DNA from: a virus
DNA: 64,000 nt
Virus record (IMG/VR): IMGVR_UViG_3300043395_000996
Coordinates: 1 to 64,000 of that record
Reading direction: 5' to 3' (one strand)
A program made the translations under genes and the position numbers. Shown in pieces: positions 56,410 through 64,000 of the stretch; the stretch's first letter is position 1; each line of letters begins with the position of its first letter. The notes below the pieces were generated by a model that was given only the letters and a program-made list of their open reading frames with translations, had not been told where the DNA came from and ran no database searches.

Positions 56410-57642
56410 TTATATCAATGGTTTTTTACGAGTATCTTCGTTAATAATATCATCTATAAATGATAGTTTTTCTGGTAAAATAGTATCGTTAAATATTAAT
56501 CCGTGAACAGTATGTGCTATTAAATATTTTCTAGCGTTTTCTTTATCCCAATTTGTAACTTTAGCATTTTTTAAGTAATTTATATACTTTTCCAATTGCT
56601 CTTTTAGTTTATCGGATTTAATTTTTTTAATATTTTTTTCATACAATGAAATTATATTATATCTGTGTTCATCAAAATTTACAGGATTATACCACCAAGG
56701 AAAATGTACAAAATGAAAATTAATTAATTCATGCGATTCTTTTAATTCTTTAATAAAATCAAAAAAATCATAAACATTTAATAATGAGCAAGTATATTGA
56801 AAATCGTATGTAATGTTTTTATATTGTGTAATAGCCCATTTTAATGCCATCATATTCTTTTTAAATATTTTGGTATCAAATCCGGTTCTAACATATTCAC
56901 CAAGCTCTCCCAACCCATCCAATGAAATAGAAAAATGTACTTTTCTGAAATCCTTCAGATATTCAAATATTGTTTTTCCTTTGTATTTTAAAATACTAAA
57001 GTTGGTATTATACATCAAAGTTACATTCTTTTTATTTTGAATGGATTCCAATAATTCAAAATGTTCTTCTAAAACAAATGGTTCACCTCCTGCAAAATAC
57101 AAAACTTCTATATTTTGCATAGCATCTTCATTTAATTTAAAATTAATTTTATTTAAAGATTCTATTTTTTCTTCTCCAAAAGCAAGAACTCCCATATTAT
57201 TTTTATAGAAATCTTCCTTCTCTTCTTGCCATTTTGTTGAATATGAATCATTACAACTTCTACATTTAAAATTACATATATTAGAAGGTCTTAAATCCAA
57301 TGAAACATAATCAGGCTTAACTTCTCCATCAAAATTTTGAAAATCTAAATTATCTTGTATTCTTTTAAGATGTTGCTTATGATGTTCGTTCCACTTTTGT
57401 CTTGATGATGTTACATTTTGGCTTTCTAAAGAATAACAGGCATTACAATATTCATTGTGAATACCTTTAATCATATCAACTCTTAATTTTTTGTATTCTT
57501 CCGAATTAAACGCTTCATCAATTGTAGTATTTTTTAGATTAATATCTGTAAATGGTTTTTGTGAATCGCAACATGCTTTGGCTGTTCCGTTCATATACCC
57601 ATTGAAGTGTATAAATGGTAATATACAAAATTTGTTATTCAT
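56410..57642 (-). CDS. Radical SAM protein with N-terminal SPASM/twitch-like domain
   Basis: CILPFIH...CC, C..CY..E, CNFKCRSC (CxxxCxxC), AGGEP, SISLDG. Confidence 0.88.
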   Translation of the reverse strand: MNNKFCILPFIHFNGYMNGTAKACCDSQKPFTDINLKNTTIDEAFNSEEYKKLRVDMIKGIHNEYCNACYSLESQNVTSSRQKWNEHHKQHLKRIQDNLDFQNFDGEVKPDYVSLDLRPSNICNFKCRSCNDSYSTKWQEEKEDFYKNNMGVLAFGEEKIESLNKINFKLNEDAMQNIEVLYFAGGEPFVLEEHFELLESIQNKKNVTLMYNTNFSILKYKGKTIFEYLKDFRKVHFSISLDGLGELGEYVRTGFDTKIFKKNMMALKWAITQYKNITYDFQYTCSLLNVYDFFDFIKELKESHELINFHFVHFPWWYNPVNFDEHRYNIISLYEKNIKKIKSDKLKEQLEKYINYLKNAKVTNWDKENARKYLIAHTVHGLIFNDTILPEKLSFIDDIINEDTRKKPLI

Positions 57643-58095
57643 TTATATTTTTAATTTTAACTTTGTAATTTGCTTTTTATCAGTACCATACTTTTCGCAG
57701 ATATATTTAATATTTTCTCTACCCTCTCTGGTAGCATAAAGTATTTCGATATATTCAATTGCTTGAGTTTCGGGTACTGAAAATTCTCTTTTGATTAATT
57801 CAACCAAAAATTCTTCATACTTCTCTTCGCCTTTCCCTTTAATGTATTTCAGATATTGCTTTCCCTTTGGGATTACGCTGATATACAACTTATACATTTC
57901 CTTTGGTTGTAGTGTTTGAGTCAAAGGAAGTAAAGTTGCAATCAGTTCTACCCATTCTGGCTTCATTGAAAGAAATCTATTAATCATAAAATTACTCCAC
58001 GATTTTAAATCCTCTTCCGAAAGTTTATCAAAATACTTTGGGTCTTGCTCCGAAGTTATTGCATTAAGATGGTCGAATAACTTTTTAGCTGCCAT
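57643..58095 (-). CDS. Clamp loader small subunit (T4 gp62-like)
   Basis: LFDHLNAI, FMINRFLS, IPKGKQYLKYIK. Confidence 0.78.
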   Translation of the reverse strand: MAAKKLFDHLNAITSEQDPKYFDKLSEEDLKSWSNFMINRFLSMKPEWVELIATLLPLTQTLQPKEMYKLYISVIPKGKQYLKYIKGKGEEKYEEFLVELIKREFSVPETQAIEYIEILYATREGRENIKYICEKYGTDKKQITKLKLKI

Positions 58096-58325
58096 TATTT
58101 TACGATTTTAGATTCTTGTAATTCCGGTGGTAATAAGTCTTGCAATGGTTTACCACAATTTGTACAAAGGAAAATATCGATTGGTATTACAGTATCTTTA
58201 TCTCCACCCGTAACCAACCTCGATGCTTTTCTAACTCTCAATGCCGGCATAAAGATAACGTTGCCGCATTCACATGCTACATCTCTCGTATCTTTTAAAT
58301 CAATATAAGGTTGTTGATTCATCAT
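58095..58325 (-). CDS. Small zinc-ribbon protein
   Basis: CECG..F...S.LV.G..D..IP...F.C..CG. Confidence 0.75.
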   Translation of the reverse strand: MMNQQPYIDLKDTRDVACECGNVIFMPALRVRKASRLVTGGDKDTVIPIDIFLCTNCGKPLQDLLPPELQESKIVK

Positions 58326-59272
58326 TATTTAATAATGTTTAAAATTTGAATAATTGTACTCATAAATACGATTTCTTTATCTACTACCAATGCATCTTTT
58401 GATAATCCATCAGCGATAGTTAAAATTACATTAGCGGTATTACCACTAGCATAATCATCTACTTTATCGTATAACATCGAATACATTTCTGAATAATCAT
58501 TTAAGTGATTATCTGCAACCGACTGTCTGATAGTCATAAATAAATTACGTTTATCATCGGATGATTTTAATAAATCAATTAATTTAGTTTGGAAATTTGA
58601 TTCAACCATAACTTTATGGTCTACTTTCAATTCACCCTTAGCCGATTGTAATTGGCAAGTGTTTAAGATTCTACGAATATCAGGATAATATGAATTGATG
58701 ATATCAGCCATATTCTTTGGCTCGTATTTAATCTTTTCAGTATCCAAAATTTTAGCAACCTGTACAGCTACATCCTTTTTAGTTGGTGGCGTAATTGCGA
58801 ATGATTGACATCTACTCTGAATTGGGTCAATAATCTTCTCAATGTAGTTACAAGTCAAAATGAATCTACAATGTTTTGAAAAAGTTTCCATTAAGTTACG
58901 CAAGATTGCCTGTGCGTTTGGGGTCATATAATCAAACTCATCCAAAATAATTACTTTGAATCCTGCAAATCCTACTGATGATGCGAAGTTCTTTACTTTT
59001 GTTCTAACAGTATCCACATTGTTTTCATCCGATGCGTTAATAATCATACTATCGCATTTGATACTATTTACAATTAACTTTGCTAATGTGGTTTTACCTG
59101 TACCCGCTTTACCATAAAACAACAAATGTGGAATATCGTTTGTATCCAAATATTGTTGAATGGTTTCTTTTACTTGCTCATTACCTACATAATCGGCAAG
59201 TGTTTGTGGGCGGTATTTCTCCACCCACAAACTATGTTCTCTTTTATTAATATCGTTTGCGAAAAAACTCAT
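58325..59272 (-). CDS. Clamp loader large subunit (RFC small-subunit/T4 gp44-like AAA+)
   Basis: WVEKYRPQ, GKAGTGKTT, INASDE, ILDEFD, FILTCN, SRC. Confidence 0.95.
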   Translation of the reverse strand: MSFFANDINKREHSLWVEKYRPQTLADYVGNEQVKETIQQYLDTNDIPHLLFYGKAGTGKTTLAKLIVNSIKCDSMIINASDENNVDTVRTKVKNFASSVGFAGFKVIILDEFDYMTPNAQAILRNLMETFSKHCRFILTCNYIEKIIDPIQSRCQSFAITPPTKKDVAVQVAKILDTEKIKYEPKNMADIINSYYPDIRRILNTCQLQSAKGELKVDHKVMVESNFQTKLIDLLKSSDDKRNLFMTIRQSVADNHLNDYSEMYSMLYDKVDDYASGNTANVILTIADGLSKDALVVDKEIVFMSTIIQILNIIK

Positions 59273-59280
59273 ATTTTATT

Positions 59281-59706
59281 TTATTTACCAGATGAACCAA
59301 ATCCGCCCTCACCTCTTTCCGAATCAGATAATTCATCAACTATCTTAACTTGTACTACCGGCGTTGGCACTATTACTATTTGACAAACTCTATCTCCTAC
59401 ATTATAAGCGATTGAATCCAATCCATTTAACTTATTAAAGGTTGCTTGAAGTTCTCCTCTATAACCTGAATCAATTACTCCTACTGAATTACTTAACATC
59501 AATTCAGTATTTCTAATGGATGAACGAGGAAATACCAATCCAACAAATCCTTCCGGTATCTCCATTGCAATACCTAATCCATATGTTATCTGAAATGTAG
59601 TATTTTCTTTAATATTTGTTGCTACTAAATCCATTCCAGCATCACCCTTTTTAGCATATTTGGGTTTAACCGAATCCGGATGTAATAATTTAATTTTTAG
59701 CTGCAT
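59281..59706 (-). CDS. dut: dUTP diphosphatase
   Basis: DAGMDL, PRSS, GVIDSGYRGE, RGEGGFGSSG. Confidence 0.96.
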   Translation of the reverse strand: MQLKIKLLHPDSVKPKYAKKGDAGMDLVATNIKENTTFQITYGLGIAMEIPEGFVGLVFPRSSIRNTELMLSNSVGVIDSGYRGELQATFNKLNGLDSIAYNVGDRVCQIVIVPTPVVQVKIVDELSDSERGEGGFGSSGK

Positions 59707-60001
59707 TTTCTTTTTCTTTTGCTCTTTCTAATTTAGATTCTTCACTAATTGGTCTTGGGAAGATTTTAAAAGTCATTCCGTTTTGTTGGAAATTTAAACC
59801 TTCATTTTCTTTTGGTTGAATTTGTAAAACCAATGGAGCAGGTTCTGCACCTTCTTCTTGCCAAGCAAATGCAATTGGTTCGTTATTGAAAAACTGAAAA
59901 CACCATTCCGCATCTTCAATTGTTTTTGGTTCAGCTATTTCAACGCTACCTTGTGGTTGTAATGCTTCATTTTCTGCGGTTAATTCTAATTCTTGTGCCA
60001 T
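59690..60001 (-). CDS. Acidic hypothetical protein
   Basis: 103-aa ORF in replication operon. Confidence 0.68.
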   Translation of the reverse strand: MAQELELTAENEALQPQGSVEIAEPKTIEDAEWCFQFFNNEPIAFAWQEEGAEPAPLVLQIQPKENEGLNFQQNGMTFKIFPRPISEESKLERAKEKENAAKN

Positions 60002-60005
60002 TTTA

Positions 60006-60719
60006 TTAATTTTGGATTTCTACTAAATAATATTTACAAACGAATTCATCAATTTGGAACTCAACGTGTGCCAATCCATCAGATGATACTTTAAGTTTAG
60101 CTGCGGTTGCTTCTTTATTAGCCGTTAAGATTTCTTTTAAATACTTAGCGGAGAATGAAATTGGTTTAACCTCACCAGCGTAACCTTTTTCACAAGTGAA
60201 TGTTACTCTATTTGTAGAAATTGATGAATAACCAATTGCCATTTTTAAATCACCACCTTCAGTAAACACAGTGAAAGTATCGATATCAGATAATGCACCT
60301 TTTGCTTTGATAAACTTATCAATCATATTAGATGCCATTTCGATTGAAATACCAAATTCCGGCATTTGCTTCAAATCGGGTACCGCAGGAATTACGCCTA
60401 AATCAGCCAATTGATAAGAAGTTTCAGTTTCATCTGAAGATAATTTTAATACAGTTGCTTTTTCTCCTACTGTATCTACATTAAGATTGATATCACTATC
60501 CAAAATACCAATAAGGTTTTTCAATAATGATGTGGTATAAATACCAATGTTGAATGGTTTTGATGTAAAACCATTAAAATCCACTTCACCAAGCATAGTT
60601 TTATCATCAGAAATAAAACGAACTGAAAGTTTGTTTCCTTCAGCGTTCCAAGCTACTGATTCAATAACACCACCCAATGAATACTTTTGAATGAATCGAG
60701 TTAAATTGTTCTTGTTCAT
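60006..60719 (-). CDS. Sliding clamp (T4 gp45/PCNA-like)
   Basis: 237 aa, clamp-like strand pattern, F...YLKEIL, C-terminal YYLV; adjacent to clamp loader and polymerase. Confidence 0.78.
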   Translation of the reverse strand: MNKNNLTRFIQKYSLGGVIESVAWNAEGNKLSVRFISDDKTMLGEVDFNGFTSKPFNIGIYTTSLLKNLIGILDSDINLNVDTVGEKATVLKLSSDETETSYQLADLGVIPAVPDLKQMPEFGISIEMASNMIDKFIKAKGALSDIDTFTVFTEGGDLKMAIGYSSISTNRVTFTCEKGYAGEVKPISFSAKYLKEILTANKEATAAKLKVSSDGLAHVEFQIDEFVCKYYLVEIQN

Positions 60720-60751
60720 AATTTACTTTTTTTATTTTATTTTTATTGTTA

Positions 60752-60783
60752 CAAATATACGACTAATTTTTGAATATTCCAAG
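60752..60783 (-). promoter_or_regulatory. Bacteroidota-type promoter
   Basis: CTTG-N20-TATATTTG. Confidence 0.72.
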
Positions 60784-61548
60784 CTTTTTTATATGATTAT
60801 ATAATTTTTCTGCATAATTTTTATTTTCTTCCGATGTAGCATATTTCGTATCATCTTCAAAATATGGATAATCACCATCAAATCTATTATCATCTACATA
60901 ATCAGTTTGCAAAAATACTCCATTCCATGTAAAAGGTATTTCTTTTGATTTAAGATAATAAGTTATCAATAAATGATTTTTATACCAATTCATAAAATCA
61001 TCTTCTGAATTAGAAATATGTTTTATAGCATCAAACTCCCTTATACCATCTGGGTGTTCTTTGTAGTAACCCCACGGATTTGGTGCATATGGTTCAATAC
61101 CACCATCTGCTTTATAAAATTCTCTATGAGTTGGATATGTGTACATTATATTAACAAAGTTTGGATTAACTTTATCCACAAATGTTAATATCGTTCTTAC
61201 TATATAATCATTACTTCTACCACTATATCCAAAATTTAAATCAACTCCATTTGGTATCAGTTTTGAAAGATAGTATGGATATGTTTCATTATCATTTACT
61301 CCAATTCCTTCTGTATAAGAACTACCAACACTCATAATTTTGTATCCTTCTTTCAAAATAGAATTTCCTCTAAAGCCAATTTCATTATAAGTGTAATCAT
61401 TTTTATTTGTATGGTCGGAGCCAGAGCCTTGAAATCTTCTTCCAACTCTCTCTTTTAACTTCCATCTAAATGATGTAACATCAAATGAAATTGGTTTCCA
61501 AAATTTTAAACTATTCATATCTAATAAATCCGTTTTTTTCAAAAACAT
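60763..61548 (-). CDS. SGNH-like protein (lacks C-terminal His)
   Basis: YTYNEIGFRG, VGSSYTEG.GV, NFG.SG.SND. Confidence 0.65.
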   Translation of the reverse strand: MFLKKTDLLDMNSLKFWKPISFDVTSFRWKLKERVGRRFQGSGSDHTNKNDYTYNEIGFRGNSILKEGYKIMSVGSSYTEGIGVNDNETYPYYLSKLIPNGVDLNFGYSGRSNDYIVRTILTFVDKVNPNFVNIMYTYPTHREFYKADGGIEPYAPNPWGYYKEHPDGIREFDAIKHISNSEDDFMNWYKNHLLITYYLKSKEIPFTWNGVFLQTDYVDDNRFDGDYPYFEDDTKYATSEENKNYAEKLYNHIKKLGIFKN

Positions 61549-61963
61549 TATGAGCTGATGTGTGCCAGTCTTCGCAAATACATGTAATTTTTTTAAATGA
61601 TTTTGGTAATAATTTTATAGTATTATTTACAAACCATATTGGTGAGTATGATGGTCTTTCATAACAATTCGTAACATATAAATTATAAAGATAAAATTCA
61701 TCATTTTCTTTTGGCTCATAAAATACATATCCAATTGCTTTATGCCCATAATACAATATAAATAAATGATGTCCTTTACTTACTCTCATTTGTACATCAT
61801 CAAAATTAAACATACCATCCCAACTATATTCTTCGTTGAAGAAATAAATTAATTTTTTTACATCATCTGATAATAAATCCAATTTATGTCTATTTGAAAT
61901 GTGTATGACACTCAAATCTTCATTTTCATTATAATTCCATTTATTTAATTCAAATTTAATCAT
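61511..61963 (-). CDS. GNAT-like acetyltransferase
   Basis: IGYVF, YLYNLYV, SAHNVFEKNGF. Confidence 0.62.
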   Translation of the reverse strand: MIKFELNKWNYNENEDLSVIHISNRHKLDLLSDDVKKLIYFFNEEYSWDGMFNFDDVQMRVSKGHHLFILYYGHKAIGYVFYEPKENDEFYLYNLYVTNCYERPSYSPIWFVNNTIKLLPKSFKKITCICEDWHTSAHNVFEKNGFIRYE

Positions 61964-61964
61964 A

Positions 61965-64000
61965 TTAAAAACTAAAAAACTTTTTAGCGGTTTGAGCTTC
62001 AGCAGATGCTTTTTCCCATTTCAATGCGTTATAAAAATCATTAACTTTGTTTTCCAACTCTGCTTTATAAATCATATCTCTATCCACATATTGCTCTACG
62101 AAATCCATAATTTCTTGTGGGTCATTGTAATCTTTGAATGCGACGGTATCCAATCCTAACGGATTTGTTTTAAGATATACCCACTTCACTTTATCACCAT
62201 CTCTAATTGGTTCGTGCTTATATGGACAATTGAAAAACTTTAATAATCTATTATAAGATATACCAGCTTTAACGTGCGCCGGTGTTCCTTTTTCAAAATC
62301 AGCAATTGCTTGTCCTCCATCTTTTCTCCACGTTCCATTATCATATTTACTCAACTCCTTAATCGCTCCACCCTTTGCTATTTTATTTACTGGCAAAGTT
62401 ACCATTTCTTTTTTGAAGTTAAGTAAAGATTCATCCATAAATGCATTATCTTTACCCATTAGAATATCTTTCAACATTTTAGCCATAAAGTCCTGAAATG
62501 CTTTCGGAAACGATGAACGAACCACATCCAATCCTTTTACATCCAACTTATCACAAGGTACACCATTCTTTAAAATCATCCATTGTGCATATCGTTTCTT
62601 TGCTACCCAAAATCCCGCTTTACTGATGTACTCTTTCTTAATTTCAAATCTATGTTTTTCCTTTGGAATAAAAAAGAATCTTTCAGCCAACATATCATAG
62701 AATGAGTTTAAGAATGTTTGAGTTTCTTCGGCAATTGTGTTTACCTCTTCAGCCATTCTATTTTGGTCGAATGTTTTGTATTCGGGATAACGATGCTTCA
62801 CCAATGGTTCTGCCATCATATAAATGGAATCAGTATCGATGTACACATTATAATCTTCTTTAGTTCCGAGTTCTTTCCAATATTTGATGTTTGCCATTTC
62901 TGCTGTTTTCTTAATAACAGTTTGGCCCGTAATCGTAACTGCCTCTGCATTATCAATATCGTAAAACCGAAAGGCAGGAAGACCAAGCACACCATACATA
63001 GAGTTAAGAAGAATCTTCTGAACCAACTGCCTTTTCGCATAAAATTCATATTTTTCCGTATCACCCTCCGTACCATATTTCTTTTCTAATTTTCTAAATT
63101 CAACACGTTTTTGAAACCAATCATTTAAAATATCCGCAATAAGACCAGGTGAATCCTGTGAGTATAAAACTCCGTTAGCTGCTACTCCTAAATTACTATC
63201 TTTAATAACTTCTTTTAGTTCCTGTGTTGTATATTCATACTCATCACCATCCTTACCAATAACTTTATAGGTTGTATCCAATCCTTTAATATTAGCTTCC
63301 GCATCCCAATTTTGAATCTTACCAATTTTTGTTTCGGGACTGATGTTTAGAGTCATAATGATTGATGGATATAGAGATGTTAAGTCCAAATCATAAATCC
63401 AATCGTACTTACCAACAATAGGTTCTTTCACATAAGCTCCAATAAACTTCTCTTCGTTGTTATCACGGAGTGCCTGCATCCTTTCTTTTCTATCCTTTGG
63501 TTTATTAGTTGCTACTAATCCTTTCTTTTTCAGATATCCCAAACATGCCCCCTCTAACCATTTAGAGGAGAATATGTAATCTTCGTATGGAACAAATCCG
63601 GCATGGCAAACGGCTCTACATAATTCAATGAATTGTAATTTGTTATCCATTGCTACAACCAACTCCACGTCAACAATGTTATACTCAATAAACTTCTCTA
63701 AATCATTTACAAATAAATCATCTAAACTTCCTTCATACTCAACCTTACCTCTACCTAATTCTTTGGTAGCAATGTAATTCAATGTATAAGATGCTTCCAA
63801 TGTATATGTGTATGTTTTATATAGATTGATGTAATCTAACACACTCACTCCACCAAAACTGAACTTCTCTCTATATGGTGACCAGAATGCCTCACCAATG
63901 CGAGATAATCTTTTAGCATGTCCTTCCCCACATACGTTTTTAATACGATTGTAGAGATATGGAATATCAAAGAAATCGATGTTCCAACCTGTTAAGATTG
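61965..64000 (-). CDS. DNA polymerase family B (5' end beyond window)
   Basis: Frame is open to the window edge (ILTGWNIDFFDIPYLYNR, Exo II); DLTSLYPS, KILLNSMYG, YIDTDS, KKRYA. Confidence 0.97.
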   Translation of the reverse strand, partial: ILTGWNIDFFDIPYLYNRIKNVCGEGHAKRLSRIGEAFWSPYREKFSFGGVSVLDYINLYKTYTYTLEASYTLNYIATKELGRGKVEYEGSLDDLFVNDLEKFIEYNIVDVELVVAMDNKLQFIELCRAVCHAGFVPYEDYIFSSKWLEGACLGYLKKKGLVATNKPKDRKERMQALRDNNEEKFIGAYVKEPIVGKYDWIYDLDLTSLYPSIIMTLNISPETKIGKIQNWDAEANIKGLDTTYKVIGKDGDEYEYTTQELKEVIKDSNLGVAANGVLYSQDSPGLIADILNDWFQKRVEFRKLEKKYGTEGDTEKYEFYAKRQLVQKILLNSMYGVLGLPAFRFYDIDNAEAVTITGQTVIKKTAEMANIKYWKELGTKEDYNVYIDTDSIYMMAEPLVKHRYPEYKTFDQNRMAEEVNTIAEETQTFLNSFYDMLAERFFFIPKEKHRFEIKKEYISKAGFWVAKKRYAQWMILKNGVPCDKLDVKGLDVVRSSFPKAFQDFMAKMLKDILMGKDNAFMDESLLNFKKEMVTLPVNKIAKGGAIKELSKYDNGTWRKDGGQAIADFEKGTPAHVKAGISYNRLLKFFNCPYKHEPIRDGDKVKWVYLKTNPLGLDTVAFKDYNDPQEIMDFVEQYVDRDMIYKAELENKVNDFYNALKWEKASAEAQTAKKFFSF

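Noticed and set aside
63848-64000. Polymerase start at 63848 as given by the track
   Set aside because: The reading frame continues to the window edge through the Exo II motif, so the true start is outside the window.

Overview
This is a 64-kb AT-rich segment of a large tailed dsDNA (jumbo-type) bacteriophage, with essentially all genes on the minus strand. The host is very probably Bacteroidota: about 14 promoters match (T/C)TTG-N20-TAnnTTT(G/A), and DUF4494, Hc1-like and T9SS-CTD-like genes are present. 0.5-6.2 kb is a translation/RNA island with 14 tandem tRNAs interrupted by a GIY-YIG homing endonuclease. The array is preceded by a candidate leader-peptide attenuator, a ~1.1-kb structured ncRNA (GOLLD-like) with an embedded non-canonical tRNA-Gly, a small orphan RNA, tRNA-fMet and tmRNA. 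6.2-8.4 kb holds probable head-internal proteins sharing an N-terminal MxKLKxLL..E motif. 8.5-16.3 kb holds early-type small ORFs with repeated promoters and paired palindromes. 17.9-29.2 kb is a block of signal-peptide, lipoprotein and membrane proteins (nuclease, beta-barrel, CsgG-like, PA14/cohesin/dockerin-like). 29-46 kb holds auxiliary genes (thyA, GH19 endolysin, ferredoxin, cytidylyltransferase, groL, IscA, heptose kinase, many SGNH-like paralogs). 46-55 kb is a glycosyltransferase cluster. 55-64 kb is a T4-like replication module (PD-(D/E)XK nuclease, radical SAM, clamp loader, dUTPase, sliding clamp, family B polymerase truncated by the window edge). All calls come from reading motifs by eye; no database searches were run. 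The best novelty candidates are the tRNA-array attenuator, the giant ncRNA with its atypical tRNA, and the cohesin-dockerin-like surface module.
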